DNA of 64,000 nucleotides from an uncultured Gammaproteobacteria bacterium (GTDB lineage Bacteria; Pseudomonadota; Gammaproteobacteria; Steroidobacterales; Rariloculaceae): NCBI GenBank assembly GCA_963702105.1, contig OY969712.1, positions 1,796,312 to 1,860,311 of the forward strand, read 5' to 3'. Shown piece by piece: positions 34,690 to 44,508 of this stretch (position 1 is its first letter; each line of letters starts with the position of its first letter). The notes under the pieces were generated by a model. It saw only the letters and a program-made list of their open reading frames with translations, ran no database searches and was not told where the DNA came from. The position numbers and the translations under genes were made by a program.

Positions 34690-36306
34690 ATGGCTTTAAC
34701 GCTGCGTATATCAAGCTTTCAGGGCCAGGGGATGGGAGCCGATGCCACTCGCGTCTTCCAGACGGGCGGGACCATCGGCCGCGCGCCCGACAACGATTGG
34801 GTGCTCCCGGACCCAGAGCGATTCGTCTCGAGCCAGCATGCGGTGATCTCCTTCGAGGGCGGGGCCTACGTGCTGACGGACCACAGTACGAACGGGACGA
34901 TCGTAAACGGAAGACAGCTCGCGAAGGGCGGGCGGGTTTCTCTCGCGACCGGAGACCTGGTAACCATAGGGAGTTACGAGATCTCGGTGGCCGTCGAGAC
35001 GGCCCCCGGTGCGCAGCCTTACCCGTCCGCCGCCCCGAGCCGCCTCGACCCGTTTTTCGAGCCTGACGCCGCCTCCATCCCCGGTGCCGGGAGCAGCGTG
35101 GACCCGCTCGACTTCTTCGCGGACGTTCGCGACGTATCCGTGCCGCAGGCGCCTTCGGCCGCGCCGGATCATACGCCGGCGTATTCGGACTTCTTCGCGC
35201 CGCCGTCGGTCTCTCGCGATCCGCATATGCCACATCCGCCGCGGCGGTCGGAGCCGCCGGCACGGCCGCAAGGCCCGCCGCCTGCGGGTAGGAGCGAGGG
35301 CAAAGGCGGGAGCAAAGGCGGGGGCATGATCCCGGAAAACTGGGACGAGACCGGCTTCTCCACCGCATCGCAGCCGGGCCCGGCACCCGGTCGCTCCTCC
35401 ACCGGGTCGATGCAGGCGCCGGTTCCCGAATCGTGGAGCGACGCCGATCCGTTTGCCGCGGAACGGTCCGCGGCCGAGCGGCCGGCGCCCGAGCGACCGC
35501 CGGCCGAGGATTTCTTTGGCCCGCCGCCAGAGAGCGATGCTTTCGGTCAGGCGGCCGGCGTCCCCGAGTCGCCGCCTGTGTCTTCCGCCCGCCCGGCCGC
35601 CTCGCAGCCTCCGAATCCTTCTCCTCCTGCTGCTCCGACGGCCCCGCCGCTGGCGCCTTCGACGCCGGCGCCGAGCCCGGGCGCACGAGCGCCCGCGCCC
35701 GCGGCCGCCGCCGGCACGAGCACCGCGGACCTCGGCGCCTTGCTTCGCGCCGCCGGCATCGACCCGGCCACCGTGGACCCGACCGCGCTCGCCTCCCTCG
35801 GCGACATCCTGCGCGTCGTCGTAGACGGGCTTATGGACGTGCTGCGGGCCCGCGCCGAGATCAAGAACCAGTTCCGCGTCGCGATGACGACGCTGAAACC
35901 GGTCGAGAACAACCCGCTGAAGTTCTCCGCCAGCGCGGAGGACGCGCTTTTCAATCTATTCTGCCGCCGAGGCCAGAGCTTCAAGGCCCCGGTCGATGCG
36001 TTCCGGGAGGCGTTCGACGACCTGAAGGCCCATCAGATCGCGACGATGGCCGGCATGCGCGCGGCATTCACCGCGCTCATGGGGCGCTTCGATCCGGAGC
36101 GGCTGCAGGAAGGCTTCGATCGCGGGCTCAAGCGCGGTGTGCTGCTCGACGTCATGAACAAGACGAAGTACTGGGACCTCTACTGCGAGATGTATCAGGA
36201 GCTCGGCGACGACGACGCGACGTTCCGGCGCCTGTTCGGCGACGTCTTCGCCCAAGCCTACGAGGAGCAGATGCAGCGCTTGACGGCGCTGCAGAGAAAG
36301 CGATGA
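34690..36306 (+). CDS. tagH: T6SS-associated FHA-domain protein TagH (Fha)
   Basis: N-terminal FHA: GGTIGRAPDNDWVLPDPERFVSSQHAVISFEGGAYVLTDHSTNGTIVNG. Pro-rich linker. Conserved TagH C-terminal domain. Confidence 0.9.
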   Translation: MALTLRISSFQGQGMGADATRVFQTGGTIGRAPDNDWVLPDPERFVSSQHAVISFEGGAYVLTDHSTNGTIVNGRQLAKGGRVSLATGDLVTIGSYEISVAVETAPGAQPYPSAAPSRLDPFFEPDAASIPGAGSSVDPLDFFADVRDVSVPQAPSAAPDHTPAYSDFFAPPSVSRDPHMPHPPRRSEPPARPQGPPPAGRSEGKGGSKGGGMIPENWDETGFSTASQPGPAPGRSSTGSMQAPVPESWSDADPFAAERSAAERPAPERPPAEDFFGPPPESDAFGQAAGVPESPPVSSARPAASQPPNPSPPAAPTAPPLAPSTPAPSPGARAPAPAAAAGTSTADLGALLRAAGIDPATVDPTALASLGDILRVVVDGLMDVLRARAEIKNQFRVAMTTLKPVENNPLKFSASAEDALFNLFCRRGQSFKAPVDAFREAFDDLKAHQIATMAGMRAAFTALMGRFDPERLQEGFDRGLKRGVLLDVMNKTKYWDLYCEMYQELGDDDATFRRLFGDVFAQAYEEQMQRLTALQRKR

Positions 36307-36824
36307 GGACGAGGAATCGAAGCGTCCCGGGCCTCGCCGCTGCGATCGCGACGGCCGCCGTGCTCGCGACCGCCCTCGCGTTCGCAGCCGGACCCGCCGC
36401 CGCCAAGGAGACGAAGCTCAAGAGCGAGATCGTGGCGAGCGCCGACATCAATCCGAACCGCCACGATGCACCGCAGCCGGTCCTGATCCACGTCTACTAT
36501 CTCAAGCACGAAGACGGGTTCAAGCAGGCGAACTTCTCCGATCTCGTCGCGCCGAAGTCGCCGGTTCTCGGTGACGACCTCATCCGCCGTACGGAGCAGC
36601 TCGTGGGGCCCGGAGAGCAGGTCGAGCTCGACGGCAAGTTCGACGAAGCCACGCAGTTCATCGGCGTCGTCGCGGAGTTCACGAAGATCGACCAGGCCAC
36701 GTGGCGAGCCGTCGCCGCCGTACCGGCCAAGAAGTGGACCGAGGTGCTGCGGCTCTTCAAGGGCAAGAAGCTGCAGGTTCGCGTACAGGGAACGACCGTA
36801 AGCTGCGCTATCGTCGAGGACTAG
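36303..36824 (+). CDS. tssJ: T6SS membrane-complex protein TssJ-like (no lipobox cysteine)
   Basis: ATGA overlap with the tagH stop. Signal peptide AAAIATAAVLATALAFAAGPAAA. The core ADINPNRHDAPQPVLIHVYYLK...FIGVVAEF is typical of TssJ (SciN/VasD), and the gene sits before tssK. Confidence 0.8.
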   Translation: MRTRNRSVPGLAAAIATAAVLATALAFAAGPAAAKETKLKSEIVASADINPNRHDAPQPVLIHVYYLKHEDGFKQANFSDLVAPKSPVLGDDLIRRTEQLVGPGEQVELDGKFDEATQFIGVVAEFTKIDQATWRAVAAVPAKKWTEVLRLFKGKKLQVRVQGTTVSCAIVED

Positions 36825-36831
36825 CATCGGT

Positions 36832-38163
36832 ATGTCGTGGAAGAACAAAGTCGTCTGGTCCGAGGGTCTTTTCCTGCAGCCGCAGCATTTCCAGCAGCAC
36901 GACCGTTACGTCGAGTCTTACGTCGAAGGGCGCTGCCGCGGGCTTCGCAACAACGGCTGGGGCTTTACGGAGCTCAAGCTCGACGCGGCGCAGCTCGCGA
37001 TCGGCAAGGTGGCCATAGCGAGCGCGAAGGGCGTGTTCCCGGACGGCACGCCGTTCGCCATCCCGGAGGACGATCGCGCGCCGCCGCCGCTCGATCTCGA
37101 GGACTCGATTCGCGAATGCCGAGTGTACCTCGCGTTGCCGGCCCGGCGGCTCGGCGAGCGCGAGGTCGCGAACGGCGAGCAGCGTGAAGGGCTCGCGCGC
37201 TACGTGCACCGGGAGTTCGAGACGCAGGATGCGACCTCGGACGCGCAGAGCGTCGCGCTCATGCGCGTCGGAACCCTGCGCACGCGCCTGTTGCTCGAGA
37301 CCGACCAGCGCGCGGAGTACGCGTGCATGGGGGCTGCGCACGTCGTCGAGGTCAAGGCGGACCGCGCGGTGTCCCTGCAGCAGACCTACGTACCCCCGGT
37401 GCTCGACGTGCATGCTTCGACCGTGCTCTCCGGCTACGTCAACGAGCTGCACGGCCTCCTGCACCATCGCGCCGAGGCGCTCGCCGGGCGCGTCTCCGCC
37501 TCCGGTCGTGGGGGTGCAGCCGAGATCGCCGAGTTCCTGTTGCTGCAGGCGGTCAACCGTTATGAGCCCGTGCTCGCGCATCTGGCCTCGCTAGGCGGCC
37601 TGCACCCAGAGGATCTCTACCGGCTGCTGGTCGGGATCGCGGGCGAGCTCGCGACCTTCACGAGCCCCGCCAAAAGGCCCGGGGAGTTTCCGGCGTATCG
37701 GCACGACGACCTCAAGGCTACGTTCGACCCGGTCATGACGGCGCTGCGCGAGTCGCTCGGCACGGTCATCGAGCAGAGAGCCGTGCAGATCCCGCTGCGC
37801 GAGCCTCGCTACGGCATCTATGCGGCGCCGCTCGCAGATCGGTCGCTGCTCGGTACCGCGAGCTTCGTGCTCGCGGTTCGCGCCGACATGCCCTCCGAGG
37901 AGCTGCGCAGGCGCTTTCCGGCGCAGACGAAGATCGGCTCGGTCGAGAAGATTCGCGACCTCGTCAACGCCCAGCTGCCCGGCGTCGTGATCCGGCCCGT
38001 TCCCGTCGCGCCGCGGCAGATTCCTTATCATGCCGACTACACGTACTTCGAGCTCGACCGCGCGAGCGATTACTGGCCGAGCCAGCAGTCGGGCGGCTTC
38101 GCGATTCACGTGAGCGGCGAGTACCGCGGCCTCGACATGCAGTTCTGGGCGATCCGGTCATGA
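36832..38163 (+). CDS. tssK: T6SS baseplate protein TssK
   Basis: MSWKNKVVWSEGLFLQPQHFQQHDRY... 443 aa. Confidence 0.95.
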   Translation: MSWKNKVVWSEGLFLQPQHFQQHDRYVESYVEGRCRGLRNNGWGFTELKLDAAQLAIGKVAIASAKGVFPDGTPFAIPEDDRAPPPLDLEDSIRECRVYLALPARRLGEREVANGEQREGLARYVHREFETQDATSDAQSVALMRVGTLRTRLLLETDQRAEYACMGAAHVVEVKADRAVSLQQTYVPPVLDVHASTVLSGYVNELHGLLHHRAEALAGRVSASGRGGAAEIAEFLLLQAVNRYEPVLAHLASLGGLHPEDLYRLLVGIAGELATFTSPAKRPGEFPAYRHDDLKATFDPVMTALRESLGTVIEQRAVQIPLREPRYGIYAAPLADRSLLGTASFVLAVRADMPSEELRRRFPAQTKIGSVEKIRDLVNAQLPGVVIRPVPVAPRQIPYHADYTYFELDRASDYWPSQQSGGFAIHVSGEYRGLDMQFWAIRS

Positions 38164-39486
38164 CCGACGACCCGTTCTTCGGGGGCGGCGACCGCACTGT
38201 GCTGCGGCCGACGCCCGGCGGCCGGCAGCGCCCGGCTGCGCCCGCGCCCGCGCCGCGAGGCGGCGCAGCACCCGGCGGCGGACACTTCGGCCCCGCGCCG
38301 GCGGCCGGCGCCCTGCAGCGCACGGACGCCGCCGACGTGAATCCGCTCGCGGGGGCCGCGGCGCCGCTGTTGGGGCTCGCGGCGCGCCTCGGCGCCACGG
38401 TCCACCACCCCGATCCCGGTGGGCTGTTCCGACAGGTCGCGCAGGAGATCAAGAACTTCGAAGCGGCCGCGCAGGCGGCGGGCGAGCGTCCGGAGGCCGT
38501 GGTCGCGGCGCGCTACGCCCTGTGCACGCTGCTCGACGAGGCCGTCCTGAACACGCCCTGGGGCAGCCAGAGCGTCTGGGCGAATCAAACGCTGCTCAAC
38601 GTCTTTCACAATGAGGGCTGGGGCGGCGAGAAGTTTTTCCAGATCCTCGACCGTCTCCTGCAGCAACCCGCGGCCAATCTCGATCTGCTCGAGCTCATGT
38701 ATCTGTGCATGGCCATGGGGCTGCAAGGGAAGTACCGCGTTCAGGCCGCGGGCCGCGCGCAGCTCGACGCCGTCGAGGCCAACGTGCTCCAGGTCATTCG
38801 GCTGCATCGCGGCGACGTTCGAGCGCGAGCTCTCGCCGCATTGGAAAGGCGTCGAGGACGCGCGCCCGAAGCTCGCGCGCTTCGTGCCGCTGTGGGTCGT
38901 CGCCGCGGTCGGTGCCGGGGTCGCGGTCCTCGTGTATTTCGGCCTGCTGTTGGCCCTGAACCGCGCCTCGGACCCGGTCGCCGTTCAGGTCGCCGCCCTC
39001 GGCCGCGATGTCGAGCCGCTGGTGCAGCGCCGCGCGGTCGTCGCGCCGCAGCCGACGACGCTCGCGAGTCTGCTGCACGACGACGCCGCAGCAGGCCGGC
39101 TCGACGTCACGAACCACAACGGCGCCGAGACGGTCGTGCTGCACGACGGCCTCTTCGAGTCGGGCAGTGCGGAGGTCGTGCCATCGCAGCGGCCCCTCGT
39201 CGAGTCCGTCGGCCGCGCGCTCAAGCAGCTGCCGGGCAACGTGCTGATCACGGGCCACACGGACGATCGGCCGATCCGCACGCTGCGCTTCCCTTCGAAC
39301 TGGAAGCTCTCGACGAGCCGGGCCGAGGCCGTGCGCGCCATCCTCGCTCCGATCGTCGGCTCGGATCGCCTGCGCGCCGAAGGCCGCGCGGACACGGAGC
39401 CGCTCGTGCCGAACGACACGCCGGCGCATCGCTCGCAGAATCGCCGCGTCGAGATCACGCTCGAAGCGAGTCCGACGCGGGAGTGA
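38160..39486 (+). pseudogene. tssL: T6SS membrane-complex protein TssL (DotU) with C-terminal OmpA/MotB-type peptidoglycan-binding domain; reading frame broken near 38813-38819
   Basis: Frame 0 carries the DotU domain (DRTVLRPTPGG ... NPLAGAAAPLL ... ARYALCTLLDEAVLNTPWG ... LELMYLCMAMGLQGKY ... RLHRGD) and then Arg-rich junk. Frame +1 (track ORF 38611..39486) carries ERELSPHWKG, the TM helix FVPLWVVAAVGAGVAVLVYFGLLL and OmpA-like ITGHTDDRPIRTLRFPSNWKLSTSRAEAV...NRRVEI. Confidence 0.85.
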
Positions 39487-39491
39487 AGGTC

Positions 39492-42400
39492 ATGCTCAAG
39501 CTGCTCACGAACCGCTGGCTGATTCGCGTCCTCGGTTTCGCGGCCATCGCGTTCGTCGTGCTGCTCATCGGGCCGCTGTTCGCTTTCGGCGCCTGGCATC
39601 CGCTCGAGAGCCTGCCCGCGCGGGGCGTCCTGTTGCTGCTGATCCTCGTCGTTTGGATCGGCCGGCTCGTTCTGCGCGCCCAGAGCGTGAAGCGGGCGCA
39701 GAGTCAAATGGTGGACGCCTTGATGAAGGCCCCGGCCGCCGCGGCCGGGCCCGACGCCTCGGCCGAGGAGATCAAGACGCTCAAAGGGCGCTTCGAAGAG
39801 GCGCTCGCCGTGCTGCAAAAGGCGCGGGGCGGCAAGGGCCGCCTCAATCTATACGATCTGCCCTGGTACATCGTCATCGGCCCGCCCGGCGCCGGCAAGA
39901 CGACGGCGCTCGTGAATTCGGGGCTGCGCTTCCCGCTCGGCGAGCGGTTCGGGCCCCAGGCGATCCGCGGCGTCGGCGGCACGCGCAACTGCGACTGGTG
40001 GTTCACGGACGAGGCCGTGCTCATCGATACGGCCGGCCGTTATACGACGCAGGACAGCGATGCGCAGATAGACCGCGCCGCCTGGCTCGGCTTCCTGGAT
40101 CTGCTCAAGAAGTACCGCAAGCGCAGGCCCATCAACGGCACGATCGTGGCCGTCTCGATTGCCGACCTCATGACGCAGAGCGAGGCCGCGCGCCGCGCGC
40201 ACGCCGCGGCGATCAAGCAGCGCGTCATGGAGCTCGACAAGCACTTCGGGATTCGCTTTCCGGTCTACGTGACTTTTACCAAGTGCGATCTCGTCGCGGG
40301 CTTCACGGAGTTTTTCGACGATCTCGGCAGGGCCGAGCGCGAGCAGGTCTGGGGTTTCACTTTCCGCTACTCCGACGACCCGGACGCGAATCCCGTCACG
40401 GGATTCGACGGGGAGTTCGAAGCGCTGATTCGCCGCCTCAACGAGCGGCTGCTCGGTCGCGTGAGCCAGGAACCCGATACGGCCCGCCGTGCGCTGATCC
40501 ACGGCTTTCCGAAGCAGATGGCCGCGCTCGAAGAGAGCCTTTCGACGTTCCTGAGGGAAGTATTCGAGAGCAGCCGTTACGAGACGGGCCCTTTGCTGCG
40601 CGGCGTCTACTTCACGAGCGGGACTCAGGAAGGCACGCCGATCGACCGCCTCATGGGCGCGCTCGCGCGCACGTTCCAGGTCGAGCAAGGCGTGCTGCCG
40701 GGACGCCAAGCCGCCGGCAAGAGCTACTTCATCACCAACGTCCTCAAGGCGCTCGCGTTCCGGGAAGCGAACCTCGCGGGGACGAACCGTCGGCTCGAGC
40801 TGCGCCGGGCGTGGCTGCAGAAGGGCGCCTACGTCGCGACGGCCGTCGTCGTCGTGCTCGCCGTGGCGGCGTGGCTTTTCTCCTACGCCGCGAACCGGGC
40901 CGAAATCCGCGCCGTCGCCGCGAGCGCCGAGCACGCCCGCAGCCTCGTCGCCGCCGTGGACCAGCACGACGTGAGCTTCGCCGCCGTTCTGCCGGCGCTC
41001 GACGCCGCGCGCGACCTGCCCGGCGGTTATGCCGATCGGCAGGCCGGGGGTTCCTGGCTGCGCGGCTTCGGCCTTTCGCAGTCCGGCAAGCTCGGCGACC
41101 AGGCCATCGCGAGTTACCGCCGCCTGTTGAATCAATTGCTCCTCTCGCGCGTCATGCTGCGCCTCGAGGGACAGCTGCAGCGCGGCGGCGGTCCTTCCCC
41201 TGACTACGCGTACGAGGCCTTGAAGGCCTATCTCATGCTCGACTCCAAGGAGCACTACGACTCCGACGCGATCAAGGCCTTCGTGCGTGCGGATTGGGCG
41301 GCCGCGCTGCCCGCGTCCCTGGCGGCCGCGCAGAGGCGGGCGCTCGACGCCCATCTCGACGCGCTCTTCGAGGAACGTCCGCTGCCGCTGCCGCTGCCGC
41401 TCAGCGATCCGGTCATCGCGGAAGCGCGCCGCGAGGTCGGGGCGATCCCGCTCGAGCAGCGTATCTACGGGCGGCTCAAGCGCACGTTCTCGGCGGACAT
41501 CAAGGGCTTCGACGTGCGCGATGCGGCCGGCGGTCCCGCAGCCGAGCTCGTGTTCACTCGCAAGAGCGGCAAGCCGCTCGCAGATACTGTGCCGGCGCTC
41601 TTTACGAAGAGCGGCTATCAGAAGGTCTTCATCGGCAAGAGCCGGGAGCTCACGGCGGAGCTCGCGGGGGAGTCGTGGGTGCTCGGCGAGACCCAGGCGC
41701 CGGACAAGGATCAGCAGGAGCAGCTGCTCGCCCGCGTGCGCGAGCTCTATCTGGACGAATACGCGCAGCTGTACTCTTCGACGCTGCAGGACGTAACGCT
41801 CGCGCCATTCGCGACGGCCAGCGACGCCGCACGCGTCTTCAACATCCTCGCGCGGCCCAACGACTCCCCGCTGCTGCTCCTGCTCAAAGAGGTGGCGCGG
41901 CAAACGACACTCGACGCGCCGGATGCGGCGAACCTCGTCGCCCGCGCCGAGAGCAAGGCCGATCAACTGCGCCAGCGTCTGCAGCGCATCCTCGGCACGA
42001 CGGACCAGGTGCCGGACTCGCTGAGCGCGATGCTGGCCCGCAATACCGTCGAGGATCGCTTTCAGGCCCTGGATGCGCTGACCCTGCAGCCCCAGGGTCA
42101 GCCGCTCCCGGCCGATCACCTCATCGGTCTCATGCAGGAGCTCTATCAATACCTCAGCGTGGTCGTGGCCAGCGAAGCGGCCGGCGGCGCGCTGCCCCCG
42201 CAGGTCCAGCAGAACGGGCAGGCCGTCGTGCAGAAGCTGCGCACGGAAGCCGCGGCCGAGCCCGAGCTGCTCGTCGGCGATCTGCTCCGGACGGCGGCGG
42301 ACCGGATCGCGGCGCTCACGACCGGCGACGTGAGAACGTACCTGAACGAGCTCTGGAAGTCGGGGCCGCTCGCCGTGTGCACACAGGCCATCGCGGGCCG

Positions 42401-43040
42401 CTATCCGTTCGACTCGGGCAGCAAGGAGAGCGTGCGGCTCGAGGACTTCGGGCAGTTCTTCGGGTACGGAGGGGTCATGGACGGGTTCTTCAACACGAAC
42501 CTGCGCCAATACGTCGATGCCTCGACATCCCCTTGGCGCAGCCGGCCGACGGCCAATGTGCCGATCCAGCTTTCCGCCGCCGCGCTGCAGGCGTTCGAAT
42601 TGGCGGATCAGATCAAGCGCACGTTCTTCCGCCCCGGAAGCATGGCGCCCGCAATCGATTTCGATCTGCGGCCGCTCGAAATGAACACCACGCTCGGCCG
42701 TTTTCTGCTCGATCTCGAAGGCGCGCAGATCGCCTATCAATTCGGGCCGCTGACCCCGGAGCTCATGCACTGGCCCGGTCCGAAGCCCGGCACGGGCGTC
42801 CGGCTCGAGTTCCTCGACCGCAAGACCGGCGCCACGGCCATGCAGCGCGTCGACGGTCCGTGGGCATGGTTCCAACTGCTCGACCGGGCCAAGCTCAAGG
42901 CGACGGGCACGCCCGAGCAATTCGAGGCCACGTTCTCGCAAGGCGGCCGCGACGTCGTCTACGAGCTCACGGCGCGCAGCGCGTTCAATCCGTTCGCGCG
43001 CTCACAGCTCGAACGCTTTCGCTGCCCCGGCAGCCTGTGA
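39492..43040 (+). CDS. tssM: T6SS membrane-complex protein TssM (IcmF)
   Basis: ATG 39492 follows GAGTGAAGG. N-terminal TM helices, Walker A GPPGAGKTT and IcmF-like C-terminal domains. 1182 aa. Track ORF 38160..43040 is a read-through artefact joining the tssL frame to this gene. Confidence 0.95.
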   Translation: MLKLLTNRWLIRVLGFAAIAFVVLLIGPLFAFGAWHPLESLPARGVLLLLILVVWIGRLVLRAQSVKRAQSQMVDALMKAPAAAAGPDASAEEIKTLKGRFEEALAVLQKARGGKGRLNLYDLPWYIVIGPPGAGKTTALVNSGLRFPLGERFGPQAIRGVGGTRNCDWWFTDEAVLIDTAGRYTTQDSDAQIDRAAWLGFLDLLKKYRKRRPINGTIVAVSIADLMTQSEAARRAHAAAIKQRVMELDKHFGIRFPVYVTFTKCDLVAGFTEFFDDLGRAEREQVWGFTFRYSDDPDANPVTGFDGEFEALIRRLNERLLGRVSQEPDTARRALIHGFPKQMAALEESLSTFLREVFESSRYETGPLLRGVYFTSGTQEGTPIDRLMGALARTFQVEQGVLPGRQAAGKSYFITNVLKALAFREANLAGTNRRLELRRAWLQKGAYVATAVVVVLAVAAWLFSYAANRAEIRAVAASAEHARSLVAAVDQHDVSFAAVLPALDAARDLPGGYADRQAGGSWLRGFGLSQSGKLGDQAIASYRRLLNQLLLSRVMLRLEGQLQRGGGPSPDYAYEALKAYLMLDSKEHYDSDAIKAFVRADWAAALPASLAAAQRRALDAHLDALFEERPLPLPLPLSDPVIAEARREVGAIPLEQRIYGRLKRTFSADIKGFDVRDAAGGPAAELVFTRKSGKPLADTVPALFTKSGYQKVFIGKSRELTAELAGESWVLGETQAPDKDQQEQLLARVRELYLDEYAQLYSSTLQDVTLAPFATASDAARVFNILARPNDSPLLLLLKEVARQTTLDAPDAANLVARAESKADQLRQRLQRILGTTDQVPDSLSAMLARNTVEDRFQALDALTLQPQGQPLPADHLIGLMQELYQYLSVVVASEAAGGALPPQVQQNGQAVVQKLRTEAAAEPELLVGDLLRTAADRIAALTTGDVRTYLNELWKSGPLAVCTQAIAGRYPFDSGSKESVRLEDFGQFFGYGGVMDGFFNTNLRQYVDASTSPWRSRPTANVPIQLSAAALQAFELADQIKRTFFRPGSMAPAIDFDLRPLEMNTTLGRFLLDLEGAQIAYQFGPLTPELMHWPGPKPGTGVRLEFLDRKTGATAMQRVDGPWAWFQLLDRAKLKATGTPEQFEATFSQGGRDVVYELTARSAFNPFARSQLERFRCPGSL

Positions 43041-43044
43041 ACGC

Positions 43045-44508
43045 ATGACGACACTTGCGAGCCCGGGCTTCTTCGGCAAGTTGCCGAGCCGGGGAGATTT
43101 CGTGAGCCGCCGCACGTCGAGCGACTTCTCCGGGCGTTGGGATGCGTGGCTGCAGGCTTGCGTCGGCGCGAGCCGCGCCGCGCTCGGCGACGCCTGGCTC
43201 GACGTTTATCTCACGAGTCCCATCTGGCGCTTCGCGCTGGCACCAGGCGTGTGCGGCGAGCAGGCACAGCTCGGCGTCCTGATGCCGAGCGTGGACAAGG
43301 TCGGGCGCTATTTCCCCCTGGCGGCCGTCGTCGCGTGCGACGGAGCCGGCGGGCCGCTCGCGGTCGCGGCCGAGCTCGAGCCCTGGTACGCGCAGGTCGA
43401 GACGCTCATGCTCGCGACGCTCGCCGAGACGCCGCTGGAGCTGGAGGACTTCGATCGCCGCCTCGCAGCGCTCGTGCCGTCCGCACCTGCCGCCGCAGAA
43501 TGCGAGGCCGCCGAGCAGGGCGCGGTGAACGAGCGCGGCGAGCCGCGTCATCTGCGCGTCGCGGCGGGCAGGACCCTGCGCGAGGCGCTGCTGCCGCTCG
43601 GCATCGCCGCCCTCGAGACGGCCGGGTCGGCCCGTTCGTTCTGGTGGACGCAGGGTTCAGAGCGCGTCGAGCCCTGCATGCTTCTCGCCCACGAGCTGCC
43701 TTCGCCCGATGCCTTCGTCGCGCTGCTCGACGGCGAGTGGCGGCGGCACGGGTGGCGCTCCGAGGTCATCGGCGGTGCCGCAGCACCGCCCGCGCGCCTC
43801 GTCTTCGGCTCCGTTGCCGTCCGCTCGGCGGCGGTCAGCAACACCGGAAAGGTGCGCGAGCGCAACGAAGACGCCTGCGCCTCTCGAGACGATCTCGGCG
43901 TCTGGGCCGTCGCCGATGGCCTCGGCGGGCATGAGGCCGGCGCGATCGCGAGCGGCATGGTCGCTTCCGTGGTCGCAGGGCTCGAACCCGGGCGGAGCTT
44001 CGACGAGCGCCTGGAACGCCTCTTGCTCGGGCTCGGCGTCGTGAACGGCTGCCTGCGGGTGCTCGCCGAGCGCGACCCCGCCGTCACCCTTGCGGGCAGC
44101 ACGGTCGCAGCCCTTCTGATCGAAGGCGCGGCCGCGGCCTATGTATGGGTCGGCGACAGCCGCGTATACCGATGGCGGGAAGCCGGGCTCGAGCAGCTCT
44201 CGCGGGATCACTCCGAAGCGGCCGAAGGCGCGGACAATCACGTCATTACGCGGGCAGTCGGCGGCCGGGACTCGCTCGAGGCCGAGTCGGAGCGTACCGA
44301 CGCGCGCCCCGGCGATCGCTTCCTGCTCTGCACGGATGGGGTCTACGGCGAGGTCGGCACCGACGAGATCGCGGCGGCCTTGGCATTGGCGGACCCTGAA
44401 CAGGCCTGCGCCTACCTCGAGCGGGCCGTGCTCGCGGGCGAGGCGGCAGACAACTTTACGGCCGTCGTCGTCTGCATTGACGGCGCCGAAGGGACTCGGG
44501 CGGTATGA
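43045..44508 (+). CDS. tagF: TagF (DUF2094) fused to PP2C Ser/Thr phosphatase PppA
   Basis: N-terminus GFFGKLPSRGDFVSRR...PIWRFAL...GVLMPSVDKVGRYFPL is TagF. C-terminus RERNEDA...WAVADGLGGHEAG...LLCTDGV is PP2C. Confidence 0.9.
   Translation: MTTLASPGFFGKLPSRGDFVSRRTSSDFSGRWDAWLQACVGASRAALGDAWLDVYLTSPIWRFALAPGVCGEQAQLGVLMPSVDKVGRYFPLAAVVACDGAGGPLAVAAELEPWYAQVETLMLATLAETPLELEDFDRRLAALVPSAPAAAECEAAEQGAVNERGEPRHLRVAAGRTLREALLPLGIAALETAGSARSFWWTQGSERVEPCMLLAHELPSPDAFVALLDGEWRRHGWRSEVIGGAAAPPARLVFGSVAVRSAAVSNTGKVRERNEDACASRDDLGVWAVADGLGGHEAGAIASGMVASVVAGLEPGRSFDERLERLLLGLGVVNGCLRVLAERDPAVTLAGSTVAALLIEGAAAAYVWVGDSRVYRWREAGLEQLSRDHSEAAEGADNHVITRAVGGRDSLEAESERTDARPGDRFLLCTDGVYGEVGTDEIAAALALADPEQACAYLERAVLAGEAADNFTAVVVCIDGAEGTRAV

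Noticed and set aside
39849-42941. 1030-aa minus-strand ORF
   Set aside because: It is antisense to tssM. There are no recognisable motifs and the composition is an artefact.
38160-43040. 1626-aa ORF suggesting a TssL-TssM fusion
   Set aside because: After the DotU domain the frame reads about 220 aa of Arg-rich junk before entering the tssM frame. The real TssL C-terminus (TM + OmpA-like) is in the +1 frame, and tssM has its own RBS and ATG at 39492.
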